From the NCBI GenBank assembly GCA_963773065.1, contig CAVYZN010000023.1, forward strand, positions 93,041-125,040: a stretch of 32,000 nucleotides of DNA, in the 5' to 3' direction. This DNA is from an uncultured Gammaproteobacteria bacterium. GTDB lineage: Bacteria > Pseudomonadota > Gammaproteobacteria > UBA9214. Positions within the stretch are counted from its first letter, which is position 1. Every line of letters starts with the position of its first letter. The position numbers and the translations under genes are program-made. Positions 1 to 6,501 of this stretch are shown here, piece after piece. The notes under the pieces were generated by a model. The model saw only the letters and a program-made list of their open reading frames with translations. It was not told the DNA's origin and did not search any database.

Positions 1-167
1 ACTGTTCTCCAGCGCCGTAGTGCGCGCGCTCTGGTTGGTGATATTGCCGTTGGCATCCTGTACGGAGCCGGGATGGTGGGGAACATCGCACCGCCGTTTC
101 TATCCAGCGCGTGATGGAGCCATGGTGGTTGTGCATCACGCGTGAATTGCTCTGGTGACCCACCTGG

Positions 168-956
168 TTACGCCCGTTGGCGATCGTGCCGGTAGCGCCG
201 GCCAGTGGGCCGAGCTGCGCCAGGTCGAGCGCCGGGGTGTAGTGGCAGACCTGACAGACCACGGGCTTGCCCTGCACCAGCGCCTTGTTGATCAGGCAGC
301 TCGGCGTCCCGTTCGGGGTGCCACTGTTGATGGTGCAGGGATCGGCCGCGTGCTGAGGCAGTTCTCCCCCCCGTGTCACACGCAGTGCTCACGTAGTGGG
401 ATCCGTGCTTCAGGTAGTGCAGGCGCAGCAGGTTGATGTCTGCGGCGTACTCCAGGCTGACTTGGGCGGCATGTTGCTGTCCGGGTAGTTCAGGCTGGTC
501 GCCACCGGCAAGCGGCGTGCTGAGCGTAGTGGTGGGAATGTCGGTGCGATTGGCCACACCGTGCACGCTGGTGTAATCGGTGTTGGTGCTGTGGCAGGTG
601 ACGCAGCTCGCCTCACCGGAGATGGGCAGTACCGTGTCCACTGTGGAGAGCACCGTGCCGCCCGTGTTCTTCGCCTGCACCCGCACCAGCGGGTAGGCGT
701 TCTCCAGTCCGAAGTAGTCGAAGGACGCGTACGGAATGCCCGCAGCCTCGAACCAGTCGACATTCGCCGCCACGTAGCCGAAGGGGAAGTTGGTGAAGAA
801 CGGCTTGTTGATGAAGTGCTCCTGGACCAGTTGCGGAACGTTGTTGGTGTACGGGTTACCGATCCCGGGCATGGCATGCAGCACCGCTTCCAGGGTCACG
901 TCGCTGCCGCCGAACTGTCCATCACTGCCGATGTAGAACTTCTCCATGTTCGGCAC
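168..956 (-). CDS. C-terminal fragment of a large secreted Calx-beta / CXXCH-motif protein. Same gene as 922..2391 and 2388..2825, broken by single-base frameshifts. Coding appears to continue to the window start in other frames.
   Basis: ORF track, 262 aa. The N-terminal two thirds read like real protein and contain a CXXCH motif (SCVTCH, about 591..605). After the C7 homopolymer at 366..372 the plausible reading moves to another frame (..CTINSGTPNGTPSCLINKALVQGKPVVCQVCHYTPALDLAQLGPL..) with a second CXXCH (about 242..256). It joins the upstream fragment across a frameshift near 965..975 (..PPFNVTR / VHGLPVPNMEKFYIGSDG..). Confidence 0.6.
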   Translation of the reverse strand: MPNMEKFYIGSDGQFGGSDVTLEAVLHAMPGIGNPYTNNVPQLVQEHFINKPFFTNFPFGYVAANVDWFEAAGIPYASFDYFGLENAYPLVRVQAKNTGGTVLSTVDTVLPISGEASCVTCHSTNTDYTSVHGVANRTDIPTTTLSTPLAGGDQPELPGQQHAAQVSLEYAADINLLRLHYLKHGSHYVSTACDTGGRTASARGRSLHHQQWHPERDAELPDQQGAGAGQARGLSGLPLHPGARPGAARPTGRRYRHDRQRA

Positions 957-2391
957 CGGCAGCCCGTGTACGCGTGACGTTGAACGGCGGGCCGGCGAGC
1001 GGGGTCAAGGTCGCACTCGGACCCACCAGCGGGTTGTAGGCCGGATAGAACGGGTCATAGGTCCCGGCCGGGATCACATTCCAGAAGTTGGTCTTGTAGG
1101 TGCTGCCGTCATCGCGCACCCCGTTCAGGACCCCCGACAGGCCGAGGATCGGGTCGTTGGCGTTCGCCGCCGCCGAGTAGTACAGGCTCACGCCCGCCGG
1201 GTTCAGCGTCGGAGTGGTCCCTTTCTGCACCACCTGCGCCAGCAACACCTGGAACGGCGGCAGGATGCTCGCGATGCGGGTATCCAGGTCGCCGCAATGC
1301 ATGCCGAGGTCGTTGATGGCCAGCACGCTGTAGCTCGTGTTCGCCACCTGCGACTGCACCGGCACGACCGTGGTCACCGCGTTCACCGAGTTCTGGCTGG
1401 TGGAGTTGATGGAGGTGTTGGGCGCTCCGCCGTCGTTGTCGGTGATGGTGCCGACTCCCTGGGCGTCGGCGATAGTCGCGTTGCTCGGGTTCGACAGGTT
1501 GACGTTGAAGGTCTCGGTCGACTCCGCCGTGGTGTCGTTGATGGTGGTCACCGCGAAGGTCTGGGTCGTGGTGTTTGGCGCGAAGGTCAGCGTCACGTTG
1601 CTGCGGGCGGTGTAGTCGCCGGGAGCCACAGCGGTGCCGTTGGCGGTGCTGGCGGCGACCGTCACCGTCGAGGTGGAGGCCGCCGACAGGCTCACGGTAA
1701 AGTTGGCGGTGCCGCCCTCGGTCACGGTCACGTCGTTGATCGAGAGGCTGGTCTGGGCCGCGTCGTTGTCGTTGATGGTGCCCACGCCCTGGGCATCAGC
1801 GATAGTCGCGTTGCTCGGGTTCGACAGGTTGACGTTGAAGGTCTCGGTCAACTCCGCCGTGGTGTCGTTGATGGTCGTCACCGCGAAGGTCTGGGTCGTG
1901 GTGCTAACCGGGAAGCTCAGCGTCACATTGCTGCGGGCGGTGTAGTCGCCGGGAGCCACAGCGGTGCCGTTGGCGGTGCTGGCGGCGACCGTCACCGTCG
2001 TCGTGGACGCAGCAGAAAGGCTAACAGTGAAGTTGGCGGTGCTGCTCTCGGTCACGGTCACGTTATTGATCGAGAGGCTGGGCTGGGCCGTGTCGTTGTC
2101 GTTAATGGTGCCCACGCCCTGACTGTCGGCGATAGTCGCGTTGCTCGGGTTCGATAGGTTGACGTTGAAGGTCTCGGTCGATTCCGCCGTGGTGTCGTTG
2201 ATGGTCGTCACCGCGAAGGTCTGGGTCGTGGTGCCCGGGTTAAAGGTCAGCGTCACGTTGCTGCGGGCGGCGTAGTCGCCGGGAGCCACAGCGCTGCCGT
2301 TGGCGGTGCTAGCGGCGACAGTCACCGTCTGCGTGGAGGCGGCCGACAGGCTCACGGTAAAGTTGGCGGTGCCGCCCTCGGTCACGGTCAC
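922..2391 (-). CDS. Central fragment of the Calx-beta repeat protein: three near-identical 110-aa Calx-beta units, then a non-repetitive region.
   Basis: ORF track, 489 aa. Three consecutive units of the form VTVTEGGTANFTVSLSAAST.TVTVAASTANG.AVAPGDY.ARSNVTL.F...TTQTFAVTTINDTTAE.TETFNVNLSNPSNATIAD.QGVGTINDND, which is the classic Calx-beta pattern. Confidence 0.8.
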   Translation of the reverse strand: MTVTEGGTANFTVSLSAASTQTVTVAASTANGSAVAPGDYAARSNVTLTFNPGTTTQTFAVTTINDTTAESTETFNVNLSNPSNATIADSQGVGTINDNDTAQPSLSINNVTVTESSTANFTVSLSAASTTTVTVAASTANGTAVAPGDYTARSNVTLSFPVSTTTQTFAVTTINDTTAELTETFNVNLSNPSNATIADAQGVGTINDNDAAQTSLSINDVTVTEGGTANFTVSLSAASTSTVTVAASTANGTAVAPGDYTARSNVTLTFAPNTTTQTFAVTTINDTTAESTETFNVNLSNPSNATIADAQGVGTITDNDGGAPNTSINSTSQNSVNAVTTVVPVQSQVANTSYSVLAINDLGMHCGDLDTRIASILPPFQVLLAQVVQKGTTPTLNPAGVSLYYSAAANANDPILGLSGVLNGVRDDGSTYKTNFWNVIPAGTYDPFYPAYNPLVGPSATLTPLAGPPFNVTRTRAAGAEHGEVLHRQ

Positions 2392-2720
2392 GTTGTTGAT
2401 CGAGAGGCTGGGCTGCGCCGTGTCGTTGTCGTTGATGGTGCCGACACCTGAGCGTCGCTGATCGTGCCCTTGCTGGGGTTACTCAGGTTGACGTTGAAGG
2501 TCTCGGTAGTCTCCGGCGTCGTGTTCTGAATGGTACTGACCGAGATGGTTTGAGTGGTGACGCCATTATTGAATGTAAGGGTGCCGCTACTCGCCGTGTA
2601 GTCCGAACCGGACTGGGCAGTGCCGTTCGCGGTCGCATAGTTGATCGTCATACGCCCGTTAGTGCCGTTGGCGCGGGTCACCGTGAAGGTCGCGGTGCCC
2701 CCCTCGGTGACCGTCTGGTC
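1402..2720. repeat. Tandem coding repeat, period 330 bp (110 codons), four units: three near-identical and one diverged.
   Basis: The string gttgacgttgaaggtctcggtc...gtcaccgcgaaggtctgggtcgtggtg recurs at about 1498, 1828 and 2158, with a diverged copy at about 2487. The units correspond to the Calx-beta domains. Confidence 0.9.
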
Positions 2721-2825
2721 GTTGATGCTCCAGGTCGTAGCCTGGGCCGCGAGCGCGGAGCCCGCCAGGAGCATGAAGGCCGTGCACAACCGCCAGAACC
2801 GGGCGTGGTTTGAAGTATGAGTCAT
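2388..2825 (-). CDS. N-terminal fragment of the Calx-beta repeat protein: signal peptide plus a first, diverged Calx-beta unit.
   Basis: Likely start is ATG at 2825 (MTHTSNHARFWRLCTAFMLLAGSALAAQA|TTW: basic n-region, hydrophobic core, AQA cleavage-type site) with GGAGGA 8 nt upstream. The frame is lost near 2446..2450, where one base is missing relative to the paralogous repeat units. Confidence 0.75.
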   Translation of the reverse strand: MTHTSNHARFWRLCTAFMLLAGSALAAQATTWSINDQTVTEGGTATFTVTRANGTNGRMTINYATANGTAQSGSDYTASSGTLTFNNGVTTQTISVSTIQNTTPETTETFNVNLSNPSKGTISDAQVSAPSTTTTRRSPASRSTT

Positions 2826-3140
2826 CGTCGCTATCCTCCACCATGGTGTTGAGCTCAATTCCCAGCCCTCTTTAAGGAGACACCGGAACCGGAACGCTAA
2901 CAGAGTCGATTAAAAAATAGATAGCAAACGTCTTCTCGCCGCACGGTTGCGGTGGTTGCTGCTGATGTTGCCATCACGTGAACTAAAGATGATGTGGAAA
3001 GTTTTCAAATTATTTTGGGACATTTTACCCAATTATTACTATGAGTCAACAGTGCAAAGTCAAACTAAGCGGCCAGCTATGCACCCTCGTTGACCCGTTC
3101 GAGAACGCGAATACCGCAACCGCTAACGGCCTGTCACCCC

Positions 3141-3374
3141 TCATGAAGTCGCGGTCATTGCGCTGCGAAATAGCCAAGGCGAATTGGGATTCGCCGCTGT
3201 TGAATGTACCTGTATGTAGTGCCGGATATACGGGAGGGCCTTTTCCCATTCTCCTGAGTATGCTTTCTTCGTGTCGTACAGGGTATCCCCCTCAAGGAAC
3301 ATACAGGCCGATACGGCTTCAGAGAAGGCGGCCGGCACTGCCCATGCGAACCCGTCAAAGAATCTCTCGCTCAT
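3141..3374 (-). CDS. Hypothetical small protein (77 aa) in the low-GC insert.
   Basis: ORF track. Its start overlaps the stop of the upstream ORF by 4 nt (ATGA-type overlap at 3371..3374), suggesting coupling. No recognisable motif. Confidence 0.35.
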   Translation of the reverse strand: MSERFFDGFAWAVPAAFSEAVSACMFLEGDTLYDTKKAYSGEWEKALPYIRHYIQVHSTAANPNSPWLFRSAMTATS

Positions 3375-3952
3375 TTGCCTCCTGGCAACCCAACTGCCCC
3401 GCCAGCGATTGCTACCACGAGTGGATGCACAAGAAATCTCCGTAGCAGGCCCATTGCTTCCTGCTTTTGCTCCTGTGTCGCATTGGCATTGTCAATGAGT
3501 TGGACCAGCTCTTCAACACTCTGGGTGACTCGCTGCCTGTTGTTATCCCCTACGATGACATTGGTCGAGCCGGAGACGTTGACTGTGTTGTTTTGCACGA
3601 ACTCCACCTTTATGTCTGAAGTCGCTTCACCCTCAACCACATCAATTCCAAATGCAGAGATTTTTCCTATGCCATCGTTAACCGCACCATAAGACTTCAG
3701 GGACTTCCATTCGATAAGACCATGCTGACCTAGCTGGTCGCTGATTGCGAGAATGTCGTCCTCAGTGATGGGGACCTCAAAGTCGCTGGGCTGAGGTAGG
3801 TACATCCCACCGCGACGGTTCTCGTAGTACCGCTGCAGGACCAAGCCCCGGAGTTGTGTGTCCTTCACTGTGCGTAGCTCCCCGCCACCAATATTACTAG
3901 CAATAGTTACTAGCGAATTTCTATAATTTATTGTTTTTATAACTACTTTCAA
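3371..3952 (-). CDS. Hypothetical protein, possibly with a winged-helix-like N-terminal half. The maximal ORF starts at TTG 3952; a more likely start is GTG at 3868.
   Basis: ORF track, 193 aa, in an AT-richer segment. The pattern LRGLVLQRYYENRRGG...DILAISDQLGQHGLIEW......GKISAFGIDVVEG resembles small wHTH proteins. GTG at 3868 is preceded by GGGGAG about 9 nt upstream. TTG at 3952 lies only 3 nt from the tRNA end. Confidence 0.55.
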   Translation of the reverse strand: MKVVIKTINYRNSLVTIASNIGGGELRTVKDTQLRGLVLQRYYENRRGGMYLPQPSDFEVPITEDDILAISDQLGQHGLIEWKSLKSYGAVNDGIGKISAFGIDVVEGEATSDIKVEFVQNNTVNVSGSTNVIVGDNNRQRVTQSVEELVQLIDNANATQEQKQEAMGLLRRFLVHPLVVAIAGGAVGLPGGK

Positions 3953-3954
3953 TA

Positions 3955-4039
3955 TGGTGCCGATGGCCGGACTCGAACCGGCATGGCTTGCGCCACTGCC
4001 CCCTCAAGACAGCGTGTCTACCAATTTCACCACATCGGC
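3955..4039 (-). tRNA. tRNA-Leu (anticodon GAG), type II with a long variable arm and an encoded CCA.
   Basis: The reverse complement reads GCCGATG TG GTGA AATTGGTAGA CAC G CTGTC TTGAGGG GGCAG TGGCGCAAGCCAT GCCGG TTCGAGT CCGGC CATCGGC ACCA. It has a 7-bp acceptor stem, an anticodon loop TTGAGGG (GAG = plus-strand ctc at 4003..4005) and a T-loop TTCGAGT. Its position just downstream of secG matches the secG-tRNA-Leu arrangement in E. coli and Pseudomonas. Confidence 0.95.
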
Positions 4040-4073
4040 CTGATTCGAAACGCTACGCCGCAAGCGGCGCGGC

Positions 4074-4663
4074 TTATTCAGGTAAATCATCCACCTTCTT
4101 GTCCGGCGTCGCGGGTGCCTTCGGCGCAATGCCGGCAGCGGCTGGTTTCTTTGCAGCCGGTTTCTTGCGGTTTCGGGCGCCGGTTTCTCGGTCGCCGCTT
4201 TCTTTTCCGCCGGTTTGACAACAGCCGGTTGCACGGCTGCCGGTGTCTCGGCGGCCGGCTTCTCTGCCACCGGGTTCTCGGCGGCCGGCGCCGGAGTGAT
4301 TTCCGGAAGGTCCGGCGCCGCGCTCTTCAACTTGTCGAGGGTGGCGGCCGTTTCTTCCTGCTGCGCGGCTTTCTGCTGGGCATTCTGCTGCTCGATCTGC
4401 TCGACCACGCTCTCGGGCGCTGCGCGGCCCACGTGGCGCACCAGCGGCGAGGCGATCAACAGGCAGTTGATGAAGAACACAGCCGCCATGATGGCGGTCG
4501 CCCGCGTGAAGAACGACCCCGAGCCGCGCGACCCGAAGACCGTGCCCGAGGCGCCGCTGCCAAACCCGGCGCCCATGTCGGCGCCCTTGCCCTGTTGCAA
4601 GAGCACCAGGGTGATGATGCTGATGGACACCAGGATCTGCACAACCAGTAGTAAGGTAAACAT
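4074..4663 (-). CDS. secG: Preprotein translocase subunit SecG with a long Pro/Ala/Lys/Glu-rich C-terminal tail. One apparent frameshift near 4160..4175; the uninterrupted ORF as read is 4004..4663.
   Basis: The N-terminus MFTLLLVVQILVSISIITLVLLQQGKGADMGAGFGSGASGTVFGSRGSGSFFTRATAIMAAVFFINCLLIA is a typical SecG. The as-read ORF runs 36 nt into the tRNA gene and ends in Arg-rich junk. The alternative frame gives ..KKPAAKKPAAAGIAPKAPATPDKKVDDLPE* and stops at 4074..4076, before the tRNA. Confidence 0.85.
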
Positions 4664-4702
4664 AGGCGACCGTCAATTCAGCGTTAATACATTTATATAA
4701 GA

Positions 4703-5464
4703 TCAGCGGCGGACATTGCCGGCCCGGCCGATCGCCAGAAAATCCTGCGCATCCAGGGAGGCGCCGCCGATCAGACCGCCGTCGATATCCGCCATGGCGA
4801 GAAGCTCCGCGGCATTGCTGCCCTTGACGCTGCCGCCGTAGAGAATCCGGACCTTCGCCGCGACGGCCTTGTCCAGGCCGGCCAGCTTGCCGCGGATGAA
4901 GGCGTGTACATCCTGCGCCTGCTGCGGTGAGGCGGTCCTGCCGGTGCCGATTGCCCAGACCGGTTCGTAGGCGATCACGGCGGCGGCCAGCGCGCCGACG
5001 CCCTCGAGGGCGATGACGGCGTCCAGTTGACGGCCGACGACCTGCTCGGTGATGCCCTGCTCCCGTTCCTCCAGCAGCTCGCCCACGCACAGGATCGGCA
5101 CCAGTCCGGCCTTGCGCGCGGCGGCGAACTTGCGCGCCGTGAAGTCGTCGCTTTCGCCGTAGATGCTGCGCCGCTCGGAATGCCCCACGATGGCGTATTT
5201 GCAGCCGACATCGGTCAGCATGCCGGGCGCCACCTCGCCGGTATGAGCCCCGGATTCCCGGTCGTTGACGTCCTGGGCGCCGAGCGCGACCGAGGTCCCC
5301 TTTAGCATGGCGGCCACCTGCGGGAGGTAGACGTAGGGCGGGCAGACCGCCAGTTCCGCCGTGGTGACCATAGCCAGGCCGGCCTTGATCCCCTCGACCA
5401 GCTTTTTGATGCTGGCGAGCGATCCGTTCATCTTCCAGTTACCGGCGACCAGTGGCTGACGCAT
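4703..5464 (-). CDS. tpiA: Triose-phosphate isomerase.
   Basis: MRQPLVAGNWKMNG..., AIVGHSERR, AYEPVWAIGTG, ILYGGSV motifs. ATG at 5464 is preceded by GGAGG. The longer ORF start at 5521 is unlikely. Confidence 0.95.
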   Translation of the reverse strand: MRQPLVAGNWKMNGSLASIKKLVEGIKAGLAMVTTAELAVCPPYVYLPQVAAMLKGTSVALGAQDVNDRESGAHTGEVAPGMLTDVGCKYAIVGHSERRSIYGESDDFTARKFAAARKAGLVPILCVGELLEEREQGITEQVVGRQLDAVIALEGVGALAAAVIAYEPVWAIGTGRTASPQQAQDVHAFIRGKLAGLDKAVAAKVRILYGGSVKGSNAAELLAMADIDGGLIGGASLDAQDFLAIGRAGNVRR

Positions 5465-5760
5465 TTCGACCTCCCGTGAAAGCAGGCCGGGTAGCTTAGC
5501 GATCCGGGACCGGAAAATCAATTTGTCCGGTGAAATGCTTGTTTGCGCAGGAACCTTCGCTCATGAATGAGCAGACCCCTCAATTGCCTCAGGAACCGTG
5601 CGGCCCGGCGGACCTTTCCCCCCCGGCAAGGAAACGCGACCCAGGGTGAGACGCTCAGGCAACACCGTTTCGTGAAAAATTCACGTAGCCGGGAAAAAGC
5701 CCGGTTATTGACTATGATTACGGTACAAAACCCAATGGACCCCGGTAAAGGAGGATCGCT

Positions 5761-6129
5761 ATGGCCAGGAAAGCGCTTTGCATCGGCATCAACAACTACC
5801 CCGGTACTCACATGGATCTGCAGGGCTGCGTCAACGACGCCCAGGATTGGGCCGCGGTTTTGCAGGCACGCGGCTACACGGTCACCACTCTGCTCGACAA
5901 ACACGCCACCAAGGCCGCGATGGTACAGGCGATGTCGGACCTGATCGGCGCGGCGGGCAACGGCGCTTTCACCTACTACGCACTGAAAACGCTCAAGGCG
6001 CTGAAGCCGGACGCCAGTTATGCGGACTGGAACAAGGCCATCGGCGCTTATCTGCCGTCCGCCAGTTACCCGCAGAGTCCGCAACTCGTGGGCAACAAGA
6101 CGGCGCGCGGGCAGAAGGTTTTTGGCTGA
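5761..6129 (+). CDS. Caspase-family (peptidase C14-like) mini-protein lacking the catalytic His/Cys core.
   Basis: 122 aa with a strong SD (AAGGAGGA, 6-nt spacer). The N-terminus KALCIGINNYPG...LQGCVNDAQDWAAVLQARGY matches the first strand/helix of metacaspase-type domains. The C-terminus NGAFTYYALKTLK...YADWNKAIGAYL...YPQSPQL matches the end of the fold. The SGHG and D.C.SG segments expected in between are absent. Confidence 0.6.
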   Translation: MARKALCIGINNYPGTHMDLQGCVNDAQDWAAVLQARGYTVTTLLDKHATKAAMVQAMSDLIGAAGNGAFTYYALKTLKALKPDASYADWNKAIGAYLPSASYPQSPQLVGNKTARGQKVFG

Positions 6130-6196
6130 CCAGTATCCAAGTAAGAAGTGAGAAGTAAAAAAGTAAGGTCCGGAGCCACCGCCCCGGCACCCGACC

Positions 6197-6424
6197 ATGA
6201 ACATCTTAGCCATCACACTTTGGCAGATGAATGAGAACCTCCCCGCTTTGAAACTGATGCGGGCTGCTGCCGAGGGCCGCACGCGCGTGCTGGGGTCGAA
6301 TCATCCCGATGCGGTCAACTCGCGGCAGATGTTTGCGCAGATGTCGGCAGCATTAAGTGGTAAACGAATAGGCTTTGTAGACAGGAAAAGAATCATCAGA
6401 GGGAACTTGCAAAGCACCAGGTAA
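6197..6424 (+). pseudogene. Fragment of a TPR (TPR_10/12-like) repeat protein.
   Basis: 75-aa ORF. ..LAITLWQMNENLPALKLMRAAAEGRTRVLGSNHPDAVNSRQMFAQM resembles the ..A..L.e.al..r.rvLG.eHPdT..s..nLA repeat. It is isolated by stop codons upstream and has no convincing SD. Confidence 0.4.
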
Positions 6425-6501
6425 AACCTTCAGGCGAGTGCCACGTTTGAAAGGGACAGGACGCAAATAGGGAATAATCAGGACCAAAGGAGAACGACAT
6501 C

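Noticed and set aside
946-2157. 403-aa plus-strand ORF and several 90-100-aa plus-strand ORFs over the Calx-beta repeats.
   Set aside because: They are antisense to clear Calx-beta units. Their apparent periodicity is only a mirror of the coding tandem repeat.
1402-2720. Regularly spaced repeats considered as a possible CRISPR array or other non-coding array.
   Set aside because: The period is 330 bp with no unique spacers, and the repeats translate in frame into Calx-beta domains. It is a coding tandem repeat, and there is no CRISPR-like array anywhere in the window.
3041-3445. 134-aa plus-strand ORF in the low-GC insert.
   Set aside because: It overlaps both minus-strand ORFs, its C-terminal half is Arg/Pro/Ser-rich and implausible, and it has no SD. 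The coupled minus-strand pair is the more coherent reading, though neither reading is strongly supported.
4074-6282. ORFs 4074..5090 (338 aa, minus) and 5518..6282 (254 aa, minus).
   Set aside because: The first is out of frame across secG and tpiA; only its last ~30 codons are real, as the secG tail after the frameshift. The second is antisense to the caspase-like ORF and the intergenic region, with no motifs and poor composition.
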